A DNA stretch of 64,000 nt from Amphiscolops sp. MND2022 (Eukaryota): NCBI GenBank assembly GCA_964187785.1, contig OZ076409.1, forward strand, positions 5,892,001-5,956,000, given 5' to 3'. A program made the translations under genes and the position numbers. How positions within the stretch are numbered: the first letter of the stretch is position 1; every line of letters begins with the position of its first letter. This document shows, piece by piece, positions 27,594-40,822 of this stretch. The notes below the pieces were generated by a model. It was given only the letters and a program-made list of their open reading frames with translations. It had not been told where the DNA came from and did not search any database.

Positions 27594-28008
27594 ACAAGCC
27601 GAGAATGGCATAAGTGGGCGCCATATCTAAGGCTCAAAAATAGCAAAAGGGCTTCAAAGTGTCAAGTATTCTTCTACAGTACCCAAAAACCCAAAATGTT
27701 GGACCGATTGGCGCGAAAGGGGACCCGTTTAAGGTTTTTCAACATCCAGGGGGACCCTTTGGAGAAAAAAATCCGATAAAAAGTGTCACAATGCCGAAAC
27801 ACACTGAAAGGGGGACCCTTTAGTCTCGCCCGGTATTGCATGTTACGCTGAAAAAAAAGAACAACTTTTATATTTCAGTTCCTTGTGCCAAATGGTCTAA
27901 TTTGACACCTGTAAGTTTCGTAGAGCTTTGTAGAACTGGTCAGTTCGTGTGGATTGAAAAAAAGTCACTATAATAGTCGCGTTTCACTTCATGAAGCGCC
28001 GACTAAAG
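27594..28008 (-). mobile_element. Helentron/DINE-like family A
   Basis: Right part is nearly the same as 140-340 and has the same termini. Confidence 0.7.
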
Positions 28009-28794
28009 AACAAATTTAGTTGGTTGACGTACGTTGACAATCACACTGCGGGAACAATACATTCGAAGGCTACAAAAACGCAGATTTCTCTTGAGATCTC
28101 AAAATCAGGTCTGTTTCTAGCTAGGCAGTCTCTCTTATGAGTTATAAAAATGATACATGAAATGCATTTGAAGATAACATCACTCTGTATAATTATAAGT
28201 GGACTGCCAATAAAAATTTAATATCACTTGTCGAGAAAACGACACCACGCGTCATAAATTTTTCACACTGAGTTTAGCAGATGAACCATGTCACTGGACA
28301 AGTTAATTAATTAATTTGGCTCTCGATGACACAGATGAAAGCCAGATGAAATGTATCTTTTTGCAAAACAGCACTAAAAACTCTAGGATTGTACGACTAC
28401 GTACCAAATTACACAAGAGCAAATAACATGAAAAAGATATTTGTCCCATTTAACAAAAATGGTATTAGTTTCATATAACATAAAAATGAAACCGAATATC
28501 CGGTTAAACAATCAAACTCACGAAATTTTATCTGTATTTTCCTACATTTTTCAGTGAATCTTTTGAATTGTGAATACTTTTGTCCACTAAAACTTTCACG
28601 TAACTAATTTTATTTTCATGTTTAGTGAAACTCATATCATATCATTTTTTCATGTTATTTGCTCTTTTATGTTGTTTGAGAATCCACCCTATCAACAAGC
28701 GACTAGGAGTGTGCCATTTTAACCTCCAAATCACGTTTTGTTTACATGGTTTCTCCGAATTTATGTACAATCACAGAACTTTGTTGACAACCAA

Positions 28795-29478
28795 TGTTTT
28801 TGATCATCGGAAACGCTTCGCTCGCGCTCACGCGTATGCAAACGCCATCTGGTCCCGTTGGATTAAGGAATACATTCCACTGCTAAACCAACGTGGGAAA
28901 TTGTATTCAGACTACGACCGACACCTGAAAGTTGGCGAATTAGTGTCGATCATTGATCCTACCGCTCGGCGTGGCTTTGGAACTCAACTACGGTTCTGAC
29001 GGTATCGCCCGGTCAGCTAACTTGACAACAAAACAGCCTTTATACCAGACCGTTAGTCAAAATCGTCCCCCTTTTTGAGCCGTCTTCTTCAGGGGCGGAG
29101 GATGTTGACAACCAATGCTTGTCAACAATCGAAAGCGGTCAAAATTAATACGCGTGCGGAGTACCGAATTGTGTAGATGTCAAAATGCTTTAATGTCATG
29201 CCGCCATGACCTAGTGGAATGGTCGGTGCCTGATAGCCATACCGCGGGGGGCTCATTTCGGGTGAACTAATTTTTCGTTTTTGCGTCTCGTCTATTGCGT
29301 AATCTTTTCCTTTGTCCTCTGAAAGTATGTCATCAAATTAATTATTGTATTTGTAAACATAACAAAACAGTTTGCAGTTCCTTTGTTTCGACATGTACTA
29401 TTTGCCGATAACACCGTTCTAAAGCAAGTTATATATAATTCGTCTTGTGCATTATTACATTCATTGAGTCTTCGGACA
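28795..29478 (+). mobile_element. BEL/Pao LTR retrotransposon 3' remnant with PPT and 3' LTR
   Basis: W.RW..EY.P.L..R.K….LKVGELV and YTRPLVKIVPL (the post-integrase domain of BEL/Pao). PPT AGGGGCGGAGGA is followed by TGTTG at 29103. LTR end about 29478 (…GGACA) is inferred. Confidence 0.8.
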
Positions 29479-30239
29479 TTGTTTTGTCGAAATATCCTGT
29501 ATCAGAATTCAGACTTTGTTTTAAAAAGCCTTTCACCTACCCTATTCGAATAAGCAGACGAAGTTGAGACAAGCCTAAAATCGAAAAATCTCGGTTGGCT
29601 ATTAAAATTAGTAGCATCAAAGCTGAGGCGCTATTTTGTCATGAAAAGGTTCTTTAAATGTAAAGATTTTGAATAATAGGCAACCCACAGTGGCGAAAAG
29701 GAATTCGAAATGCTTGCTGAGTCACTTCGATTTCGTTTCGAAATAAATGAGCATTTTGTTCTTCAAAAGTTATGAAGTCTTGTCTTTGTTCTTGCCTCAG
29801 ATTTGGTCAAAAGTAACAAGTAATTTTCAGGTTAAATTTTTCGAGGCTTTCTAGATTAGCTTTGCAAGTTAGTGACATTGACTTCACTGCTGATGTTTAG
29901 GGTGACAGTTTAACGGAAATGAATTTCAAGAGACACAAAAATACGAGACTTTGATTCAAACCAAGAAGACACCAGAGAACATTGTTTGTTCTCCAGAGAC
30001 ACACTCACAATATGCTCTAAAAGTGAAACAGTATTTGCTTTTTGAACACTAAGGCAACCTATTAGCAAAACCAGAGCCTCATGTGCGGAAACGAAGTCAG
30101 ATTAGGCCTTTCCTCTCTGACTCGCTCGAATCCCAGTCGTACGATTTTGATTGAATTGCACATATTAAGGCCTTATATGGTGTAGAAAGACTCCATAAAA
30201 GTTCTTTCAAACAGTAAAGAGTATGAGAAAATGGAAAAG

Positions 30240-30810
30240 GTCCAAAATTGGCCGTTTTTTGGTCATTTTTGGGTTAATTTTGGCCATGTTTCTCAGATGC
30301 CAGTCATACGATTTTGATGCCATTGCACACATAGGACCCTAAGATGGTGTAAAATGACTGTAGAAAATTTCGTTCGAATCATACGGACAGTTTTTCAAAA
30401 AATGAAAAAAGTCCAAAATTGGCCGTTTTTTGGTCATTTTTGGGTTAATTTTGGCTATGTTTCTCAGATGCCAATCATACGATTTTGATGCCATTGCACA
30501 CATAGGACCCTAAGATGGTGTAAAATGACTGTAGAAAATTTCGTTCGAATCATACGGACAGTTTTTCAAAAAATGAAAAAAGTCCAAAATTGGCCGTTTT
30601 TTGGTCATTTTTGGGTTAATTTTGGCCATGTTTCTCAGATGCCAGTCATACGATTTTGATGCCATTGCACACATAGGACCCTAAGATGGTGTAAAATGAC
30701 TGTAGAAAATTTCGTTCGAATCATACGGACAGTTTTTCAAAAAATGAAAAAAGTCCAAAATTGGCCGTTTTTTGGTCATTTTTGGGTTAATTTTGGCTAT
30801 GTTTCTCAGA
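30240..30810. repeat. 171-bp tandem repeat (~3.3 near-identical units) inside a family D element (30070-30868)
   Basis: TCCAAAATTGGCCG recurs at 30241, 30412, 30583 and 30754. Confidence 0.95.
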
Positions 30811-30990
30811 TACGAATGGGTTGGAGTAAGAAAAGGTACGATTGCATAAGTAGTCGACTCCTAAAAACGACCACCTGAAACAGTCCAAAAGGGATCGGAT
30901 ATAAAAATTACTTTTTAAACCAAACAACTTACCTTGCTACGGAAAAGCCAATAAGCTGAGTAAACGGAAAACTGAACAATCAATCTCTAC

Positions 30991-31494
30991 CAGGGGTGTA
31001 AAATAAATAATTGTTGAAAAATATATTGCAATAAATATATTGCAATTATTTATTTTTCACATCAAAACAATGAAAATTATTTATTTTTTTGCTGCAATTA
31101 TTGGTTTTTAGGCCAAAATTATTTTGTTTGATAAAATGCAGTACGGGTATTAACTGCAAACCGTTTGCAGCGTGCAGCGTGTGCAAAGTAAACAAAACGA
31201 GTAAACCTACTTCGAATGTTCCAGAAAGGCTCTTCAGTGTGGTGCGAGGCGTTTTTACAGATTACCGAAAGAAAACGACGCCCGTCAATTTGGAATCCCA
31301 AGTTTTCTTGAAAAGCAATAAAAACTTTTGGAACGAACTCACAGTTTCGCATATTGTTGATGTTTCTGACAATAATTGAAACATTTGAGCAATAATTTAT
31401 TGTTCTTAAACAATAATTTATTTTTGCCTGAGTTCAATAAAAATAATTGATTTTTAGGTAAAATAATATTGCAATACAATATTTTACACCCCTG
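30991..31494 (+). mobile_element. Non-autonomous hAT element with 8-bp TSD
   Basis: TIRs CAGGGGTGTAAAATA and TATTTTACACCCCTG. TSD ATCTCTAC on both sides. Internal PTSNVPERLFS…LESQVFLKSN is a dimerisation-domain fragment. Confidence 0.95.
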
Positions 31495-32526
31495 ATCTCT
31501 ACGCATATACACACTTTAACAACGAAGAACGCGGAGCATAAATGAGAATGTGAGTACGGTCGTGGAATAGACGATGTTTTAAATTTATGACTTAATATAT
31601 ATTCCTTTTCCTTAACAGTCAATCAATTATGACGTTTTCCACAAAATAGCAGTGTCGAATAATTATTATAATGTTAGATACCAGCACTCACTCACTCAAT
31701 TCAACAAATTTGTGATTTTTATTTGGCAACGTTGGTTGTGCAGCAGCGATAGTTGATATAATAATTCTATTCTTTTTTGTGATTTGTTTCGTTTTGCTTT
31801 CCTCAAACACCAGTGGAGAAAGCGACGAATAATCCAATCCTGCTTGTGAGAAAAACAAGGATAGATGGTATTGAATAAAATATTCACTTAATGCTGAACA
31901 AGAAAAAGACAAAAGAGCGCTAGAATGGAATCGTTTTCGAGTTGGCACAAATTTTTCAGCCGACTTGAAAAGGATGTAACCGTGAACAACATATGGCAGC
32001 AAAACATAACCGTGAAAGAATTGTAACAAAATCTAAAAATCTACTACACGCTTGTTTTCAGTTTCCAGTAGGCTAAACAAATTTAGTTGAGTTTTCGCTC
32101 CATTAAATATCCCAACACTCTTATAAGCATCCACTGTTAATGGGATAACACTGCAGTACGGAACGGAACGCAATTGTCAATAAAAGACCGACCGAATTAA
32201 AATTGCATCATTAATTTTTGAGTGAGATTAATCTTTAAACAGCTCAAACACTTGGCAAATCAATTTAAAGCTGCAAAAACCGTTCAAACTCGCTACACTT
32301 GCAATGGTTGACACAATAACATTTATGTTTGATTAAAAACGAATCGCAGTTTGGCGCATCCAGCGTTTGCTGCAGAAAGTAGACAATCAATCAATCTTCC
32401 AAAAATAAAAATCAACGTGATTCTCGTTCTTTGCTTGATGAAAAAACAAGGAATTGAAAAACGTTGAAATTGACGCATTCGCACTTCAAAATTTCAACAT
32501 AGGACACTTCAAATACAGTTTGTCGG

Positions 32527-32912
32527 TTTTTTAGTCGGCACTTCATGGAGTGAAACACCACTATACCAGTGACTATTTTCTTTCAATCCACACGAACTGA
32601 TCAAAATATATCGGGCGATAAAAATAATACCGGGCGAGACTAAAGGGTCCCCTTTCTGTTTTTGGCATTGTGAGCCTTTTTTAAGAAAATTTTTTAATGT
32701 TCCCAAAAAGCCACCCTTCATTTTTTTAAACATTTTGCAACAGAATGGATGTAGAAAATCCGAAAGGGTCCCGCGTTAGCGGGCACCCGGCGCGCCAATT
32801 CGGTCGTTTGATGAATTTTTCATTAAAAAATGTCCTGAGCAAGTGGCTTTTAAAAAGTTTGCGCTTATTGAGCCTCAGGTATAGCGCCGACTCATGCCGT
32901 TCCCGGCTAGTT
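32527..32912 (+). mobile_element. Helentron/DINE-like family A
   Basis: Starts ttttAGTCGGCAC and ends GCGCCGACTcatgccgttcccggctag. Confidence 0.65.
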
Positions 32913-34564
32913 TATAAGCACGCAGATACTGGCCGTAGGCTAGAATTGCTTAGCAAAATCAGGATTTTAGGCAAAATTGATGCTTAGGAATTACTAAAGA
33001 AGATTGCTCTGTCCGGGACTCGAACCCCCGATGTCACAGGTGTGCGCAATAACCAACTGAGACACTGGGACAAGGTGAATTCACGTATTATGTGGACCAC
33101 ATTTCACCTAATGACTTTGACGAAGTTAAAGTTTACTTTTTCGGTGAGTAATACACTAGTGTTTTGATTCTTCAAATACTCCATAAATTAAAATATTTGT
33201 TTCATGTATTTATTTGATTGATTTTTGTTTTTAACGATTGTAAATAATAAATTGATAAACTCCCCCACTTTTGAATAACTTCTGCATTTAAACAAATCAA
33301 TTTACATATAAAAAATTAAACTAAGAAAAAGACACAATCGTTTTTCTAGCATACAGGATTGCTTAAAAATTGCTCAATTTTGAACATTTGTAGCCTACGT
33401 TGCTTAGTGTGTTGCTTATGAAAATATGAGTGTAACCTTAGGTACATTTTTAGTAGGTTATTTACTAAATATAGACCGATTATTATAGTGACTTTTCGTT
33501 GTTTTTAACCGGGTCAAAGGGACCAAATTAGTTCAGCCAGGTTTTATTTTCGAGTCATATACCGGATAAGATCGAAGAGCCCGTTTGTAGATTTTTTTTT
33601 CAATTTTTTCCAAGTTCACTGAAGGGTCCTTCTTTCGATTTATGAAAAATCATAAGAAAAGCATTTTTGACCCTGGATATTCATCGACCGTGTAGGCATT
33701 TTGAAGATTTTGTCAAAAACAGCCCTTGAGCAAAATTAAAAGAGTTGGTTTGAATTGAATATTTAACGAAAATCGTAGTTACTTCATCAAAAATGATTTG
33801 TGCAAAGCAACAACAAAGGTATGCTTTGCATTTAAATTGGATTTTCCCAGCGGGTTCCCAATATTTTTATACCATAGTTGGTAGCTGCATGAGAAAATAT
33901 ACTCAAGATGTTTTCATCTAGTTTTTCAAGAGAGAAAACAAAGCGACTGTTTAGCCTTTCTTCTAAAGAGGTTTACTTATTACTTCAACTAAGTCTTCAT
34001 TACGTTTCCCTTTCTTCAGCTAACATCTTCAAATGATGAATCAGACTAGACGGCGACTAGCAGGATTCTTGGGAATAAATTATGCGTTTGATCTATCCTC
34101 GTTTATGCATCCTAAACTAGCTCAATATCCAAGCAAACTGAAGTCGGCCATAGTCGCAATGGCACCCGGGATAAACCTTCATCTATGAGCAAAAAATCCT
34201 CCGATGCTTAAAATCGAAACACTTGGATGTATTTTCGGTGTAGTTTGATATTCTCTTTGTAAATCAGCAAGCCCCGAACTTAATCAACAGCAAACTTCAA
34301 AGTCCAGGCATGCGAGATATGTGTAGTCAAAACAGAGGAATAAATTGAAAATTCAAATTATACGGGACGGGAATAATTTTGGGTAGAAATGGTTTGAATT
34401 CTCGAAGCTTTTACCTCGAAAACTAGGCTCAAAATAGCTGAAACTACGAAAAAAAATATTGATTGAAGTCCTTTAGACATCACCCGAAACTCGAGAGCGG
34501 CAAATTATCACAATTTTGCAATAACACTTTTGCAGTATCACACATGAATTTAAAATAAACAACT

Positions 34565-34986
34565 ATTTTTCTTTTCCTTGCGTCTGTAATATTATCCAGT
34601 AGAGGGAGAAGAGAGAAGTTAATTTCCCCATTACCGCGGGGTGGACGCCGAATAAGCAGTTCTGCTTTTCTAAGTCGGCGCCCTTTCGGATACTATCTCC
34701 CCATAGCAAGCTATGGTACCATATTTGCAGCCAAGTGGTCAAGTAATGGTGGACTTGAAGCTGTGGTTTCAAAGTAACTTGCTCAAGGTCACAAAGGTCT
34801 GACTGCTCACCGTTGCTCTTTTTGTTTTGCTTTTCTCCGCCAAATGCGTTATTTTTTGTCATTGACCATACCATTAAGCTAGGGATGAAGGACTTGCTTA
34901 AGGACCAACAATGGTGAGTTGAGAGATTCGAACCTGATACCGCCACAGTACAGGCCGAATGCTCTAACCACTACGCCATGCTCCCC
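34565..34986 (-). mobile_element. tRNA-derived SINE with CORE-like motif
   Basis: Head GGGGAGCATGGCGTAGTGGTTAGAGC…GGTTCGAATC. The body contains TGTGACCTTGAGCAAGTTACTT and the end is A-rich. Confidence 0.65.
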
Positions 34987-35056
34987 ATACTCCCCAGAGG
35001 CCCATTATCTTACAGACAGATGCATGCAATGTTGGCTGTTTTGAAACATGGTTATA

Positions 35057-36106
35057 CACAGAGGCGAAGCCGTGCTTCGCAAACACTTGCGAAGTTTTGA
35101 AAACCAAATAAGCAATATCATACGTAGAACCAAGGGTAAAAGGAGTATGTTAAAATTTCATCAATTTTACAGCGCCAAAAATACCCGAAGGGATGGGCAT
35201 AAGTCTCGAAAACCATTCTTCCCCAACTGAAAACAGCAAAAAACCCATCTTCCTCAACGGAAAACCTTAAAAAAAACAGAAAATTGAAGGAAAAATAATT
35301 TTTTTTCAAAAAATTTCCGAAATTTTTCCAAAATATTTTCGAAAAATTTTTTTGAAGGACACCGGCAATTTTTTTGAAGTCGCATAGTGCCGAAAACCTT
35401 GACGAGTCCTTTAGAGTCACAAAACGTTTCATTTTTGGTAAAAATTGAGGGGCGACTTCGATGAAAAAAAAATTGAAAAAGTCGCACATGAAAAACACAG
35501 GTCTTTGAAAAAAAATCGGATATAGCGTGCTGGGCCTGAGAAAACCTAACTTTAAGACAAAAATTATTACTTTTGAAAACTCTCACAAGGCCGAAAACTG
35601 TGAAAGGGGGGTTCTTTGAGATTTTTTAACATCCATTCTTTTGCGATAATTCAAAAAAATTGAAGGGGGACCATTTGGAGACTTCGAAAAATTTTCGAAA
35701 AAATGCGAATTTTTAACAGTCTCATAGTGCCGAAAAATCTGAAAGAAGAGACCCTTTTGAATTTTTTAACGTTCGTTCTGTTGCAAAATATCAAAAAAAT
35801 GAAGGGAGGACCCTTTGGGGACATTAAAAAATTTTCGAAAATAAGTCTCAAAAAGCCGAAAAGGGGGGAGGGGGAGTCTCATATTGTCGAAAAAAGAGAG
35901 AATCTTCTGCTTCGAAAATTTTGTAAAAAAAAATAGCGCATAGGCACGGGTTCGAACCCGGACCCTCTGGGTTGAAAAGCAAGCATCTTACTGCTAGACC
36001 AAAAAAGTCTGAATTATGCGACTTGCGGTCTGAAACGAGAGAGTTGTCGCGCGGAAAAAAAAACTCACACTTTCCCATAACACTTGCTTATCGCAAGTGT
36101 AAAAAA
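35057..36106 (-). mobile_element. Helentron-like family C, complete copy with tRNA-like segment
   Basis: Hairpin GCGAAGccgtgCTTCGC and subTIR ACACTTGCGA / TCGCAAGTGT. tRNA-like B box on the minus strand at about 35935-36000. Confidence 0.65.
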
Positions 36107-36328
36107 TCGTTTTAAAAAATTACAACCCCTTGAAAGTGACTATTTTCGTTCATAACAATTGAGTTGCTGTCAAAAATATTGAGTTGTTTTGCTAATGATC
36201 AATTTGAGTTTACCCTTCTGTCGTCGTTTTGATAGGCAAGTTTTAAAGCAGGTTCTGCCGTTTTCATCATATATTATTCAACAATAAATAATTCTATATA
36301 TAATATGCCTATATAATTTCACATCAAT

Positions 36329-36459
36329 AATGGGTCGAAATAAGTGTGACATCTGGGCCCACTTCAGTAAGCCCACGTAAATTTTTTTAAAAAACGTGTT
36401 TTTTCCATTTAAAAAAAAACATAAATATGATTAAAAACTGGTTTTTTTTGCCAACCCTG
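36329..36459 (+). mobile_element. Possible hAT remnant
   Basis: MGRNKCDIWAHFSKP resembles a BED-finger start, and …GCCAACCCTG resembles a hAT terminus. Confidence 0.4.
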
Positions 36460-36532
36460 GATGAATGATTGAATGAAGAGTGGAGTCAAGGAGAGAAAGG
36501 CTATGAATGAATGAATTGTGGTGACAACTAAC

Positions 36533-36632
36533 CGAAGTCTCGTTCTTGGAGAAGCAGAGAGTAAAGTTGTTCAGGCACTTCCGGTACTCTGTAGTACCAT
36601 TTCACGTGGGCGATTACGTTGTCTTTCTTGTC
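36533..36632 (-). CDS. RERE: RERE exon, BAH domain (DKKDNVIAHVKWYYRVPEVPEQLYSLLLQERDF)
   Basis: tgtttcag acceptor, gttagt donor, 100 nt, phase 0 to 1. VKWYYR..EVP..Y..L.Q.R matches RERE [22 protein letters not shown]. Confidence 0.92.
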
Positions 36633-39440
36633 CTGAAACAGCAAAACTCACTCACCACTCAATCAAGAGTCATTCAACCAACAAATGAACAAACAGCCCA
36701 AGGCTTGAAAAATTACGAGATCCGCGAATGAAATGAGCGATTACATATCGTAACCGGTCAATTAGGTCGCTTGTAGCGAAAGCGCAAAACAAAGCGAAAG
36801 CGCCGTGATATCCGGATAAGCGCCGACAGCGAAAGCGACGCCTGAAATTTGCGCTTATCTAATTGGTCAGAAATTATAGCTATTTTGGTTACAAAAAGTG
36901 CCCAACATTAACATTGGCAAGTTTTTTTGTACTGGGAATTTCACCCGACATTAGTACAATAGAAAAATTTGTCTCTGGTGGTGGTAGTTTGTTGAGATAA
37001 GGAAGTAACCGATCGAAATTTTCAAAAGTTCGTAATGTTTTTCAAAAAATTGCAGCTTTTGAGAACCAAAATTCGCTGAGCCAGCGTTTTCTTCCAAAAA
37101 GCGCCGCTTAAGCGTAAGCGTGCCAGTCATAAGCGCAACAAGCGATAAGCGCGTTTTTTTTGGGAAAACCTAATTCACTGATCGTAACCCCCTGAGTTGG
37201 AATCGCCTAAAATAAAATCTAGATAGAACGACATCAAAAGATCCCTAGTTTGGAAGGAATTGAAATTTTGCACTTATCTTGCAAGTTTCTTGCAAGCCGA
37301 GGTTAGTGTTTCAAGAATCTTTCAAGACCATGCAAATCTTGCAAGGCATTACAGTTATGATAACGTAGTCAAAAGCTCCAACAATAGCCGGTGTAAATAG
37401 AATATATTAAGTGTAGAATCTAAAAATCGGCTCCCTAAAAAGTCAATTTAGGATTATCTGGGATTGGGACAACTGTCAAAAAAATGAAAAAATCAGAAAA
37501 ATGCTTCTAAAAAATTGATAAAAATCGACACTTGAGCATTTATTGCCAACTTTGGACCATCACTAAAAAAATCGACAATAAAATTGGACGATATCTAATA
37601 CTCCTTCGGAAATAAAACTTTCCTTGTCAAAAAAATGCGGAATGAGTGCAATAAGAATGCTCCCAAAAGGGCAATGCCCATACACTGGAATGGTAGAATT
37701 TGTGGAAAAATTGTTCAGGTCTGGAAAAAAAAACAAAACTAGATAACCCGAAGAGTACAATAGTAAAGTACTAGATTGCTTCTTCGGATGTACTGAAGAG
37801 TGAATAAAATAACGATGATGAAGCTTTAAAACATGTGTTTCTTTGAGTAACACGGGTTACATGAGGCAAACAATTATAAAAAACAATTATAATAAATATA
37901 TTAATATTAAAATGATGTCGCGAATAACAGAGAGCCCACAAATTATTGAATGAATATTTGATAAAAACTACCAGTGCTGGATATTTAGAACTGAAAAGAA
38001 TAGGATGAACGATATCAAAAAACAATTGGTACAAACTCACTCTTTTGGTAAGGCAGCTTTAGAAGCAACAACGGCGTGAATTATGGAATGAGAAAGCGGT
38101 GTCAGGAAAGACAACAAGCAATACACGATGTGAAGGGGGATAAAAATCAGGTAACGCAAAAAAGTAAATATGGTTGCAAATCGGTGGCTAACAAAACACA
38201 GCGACTGTGCTATAGTATAGTAATACTGGTACTACTGTAGTTCTGCTGTATTCATTCAGCACCGAGCGAACCTATGCGAGGAAAGAAAAAAGTGAGGAGA
38301 AAACGTGGAAAAAGGCTAGAGAGAGAGAGAGAGAGGGGGGAAGAATGAATGGATATAAGTGATGGATTCGACTAAGACGCGACCGACGGCGGAGTAATTT
38401 CCTTGAGCTGATACTTACTAGGAGGTGGTGTATGATGATGAATAATTAGTAGACCGAATTGGGATAGCTATCGAATGGAATTGCGGTGCCGATGATGGTG
38501 CTACAAGCACAAAGGTGATGCTTGCTACTTTCTTATACATGTACACTACCAGCAGCAAAATAACAAGACTTGCGCCACGATTGACTATGGACAAAGGTGG
38601 TAACACCCGTCGCAAAAAAAAAAAGATGTCAATAACTCACAGCACCCTCCTCCTTTTTATACCCCGGGGGAGGGGTATTTTTTAAATATTTTTACAGCAC
38701 AGTAAGAGGTGGGGGGAGGGGGGGTTAGATTGTTACAGGGTAAGGCGTTACTACATGGGGCGAAGGCAAGAGGCGTCCTCCTCAGTAGTTGATAGAAGCG
38801 GCGATGGTGGTGTCAAATTATTTATTGTTGCTTTTTATATTCACACGACAACACCAATTCAATTCAATCCAATTTCATACCCCATTACACATCGATAGAT
38901 ACAGCAGGAGGTAAGCAAAGCAACGCACCTCGGATCGCTCTCAAAAATGCTAACAAATAGAAGCAGATTACAACTTTTCCCCACATGCCGATGGAATTAC
39001 GCAATGGAACAAATGTTTTTTTTTTTTGGGGGGGGGGTCGTGTTGGCTAAGTAAAATTGCATAAATTTGCAAGGCTATAAAACTATCATTAAAAAACTAT
39101 GCTCATCATTTGACTCTTGGTAGTTTTTACGATCAATTCAAAACTTTCTAGATTCAATTTTCGTCGAAAGAATTTTCGAATTTAATAGGTTGGTGCAACT
39201 TATTCACCCAGCTTCGAAGGCTTTTTTCTCGAACATTTATACCATAGTAGAAAGCAAAGGCATCTGCTAAGTGAAATTAAAGAGGATTTTCGGTCCGACT
39301 CAAGAAAAGTCGGGTTTCAAACTATTTCTCACATTGCATTCAATTCTACAGTAGTCTTTTAAAAAACTTCCGAGTTTCAGCATTTTTTCAAAATTCTGAT
39401 TTGAAAGCGATTGAAGAAATACAAAAAAGAGAAGTTTCAG

Positions 39441-39914
39441 TTTTTAGTCGGCGCTTTTCTTAAGAGTCGACTATAGTCATGGCTTTTCGTCAGTGTTTTT
39501 TTAAGACCACCTGAAGTGACCAAAATAGTTCTACCAAAAGTTCTACAAAATTTTGAGAAGACGCCAAATTGTACCTGTTGGCCCAAGGAAGTGAACCAAA
39601 AAGGTTTCCCGCGTGACATACAATACCGGACGAGACCAAAGGGTCCCCCTTTAGATTTTTTCGGCACTGTGCGACTTTTTTCAAATTTTTCCCACCAAAG
39701 GGTCTCCCTTCAATTTTTTGGAGTTTTGCAACAGAATGGATGTTGAAAAATCCCAAAGGGCCCTCCCTTTCCGTTTTTTTTCGGTATTGTGGGACTTTTT
39801 TTAAAAAAATTCTCATAAAAGGTACCAAATTCACCAATACTTTGACATTTTGAAGTCCTTTCGCTATTTTTGAGCCTCAGATATGGCGCCGACTTGGGCC
39901 GGTCCCGGCTTGTT
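39441..39914 (+). mobile_element. Helentron/DINE-like family A, complete copy
   Basis: 5' T-run, subTIR AGTCGGCGC and partial IR CGACTA. 3' subTIR GCGCCGACT, hairpin GCCGgtccCGGC and TTGTT. Confidence 0.75.
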
Positions 39915-40822
39915 TATCGTTGATTTGTGAAAAGAAAAAAATGATCAAAAATGCTCACTAACTAAAAATCAGTACTTTGTTTTTCTGCCCTAATTTCCTT
40001 TTTTCAGTTCTTTTAAATATATATTTTTTGCATACACGAGTTCAAAAATTTTCTATTAAAGCTAATAATCGCGGCATGAGTGAAAATGTTCAAAACAATA
40101 GCTGTCGTATAATTACTAGCAGGAAATACCGGTTGGTTAATCTTCATTACCGATAGTGGTGGACAGGGAATAATTATCAGGGGAAGGTCTAAGAAGCACT
40201 GCAATCGAGAAGTGAATCAATCAGAAGCGACAGAGACAAATAACATTAAAAGTGACAATATTCCACTTCAACTGACATCACGGGTAGGGGTGTTTTTTTT
40301 GGGGTGGGGGGGGGTGTTAGGGGTTTGCAAGTCGAAAGGTTGAAAAGGGGCACAAAAAGGCGGGAAACGAGACCGGGAAGCGTTGAGGGAATTGGGAACA
40401 AATGGATAAGACGGAATAAGACCTGCATAACGAGGCGGGAAAGTGATCAGTGGTTCAATCAAATTTGCCATCTTCAAATAAAAAGAAAAGGTGGGAAAAT
40501 TTTAAAACGGCTGAGGTGTAACAAACTTGACCCGTGGAATTAACAGTAAAATCTCTCTGCTGTTACCTGCGTAGCTACTGATGAATTTGATGCAAATATG
40601 ATTCATGCAGTTACACAAAAAATAATTACTATCATACACCACCATCAGAAAGATGAAATAATTTTTTAAAAAAATCAAGATTACAATTTTGAGAATCTTC
40701 GGATGTTTTTGCACACTTAAAATTTAGACTGGCATATTTTGTCTATAATTTTTAGATGTTTAGTATTGAAAACCCAAAAAGACGAGAAGTTACGAAACAA
40801 CTATATCCTTCGTTAGCATATA

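Noticed and set aside
30240..30810. CRISPR array or alpha satellite
   Set aside because: There are no unique spacers and the context is eukaryotic. The 171-bp length alone does not make it alphoid, and the unit is the core of a local dispersed repeat.
360..36000. Functional tRNA genes at about 365, 6660, 13200, 13870, 20270, 21320, 26400, 33030, 34950 and 35960
   Set aside because: A/B boxes are present, but the stems pair poorly and most lie in or beside repeats. I treated them as SINE or tRNA-derived fragments.
37540..38060. Possible decayed LINE C-terminal fragment
   Set aside because: Only weak Cys motifs interrupted by stops, which cannot support a call.
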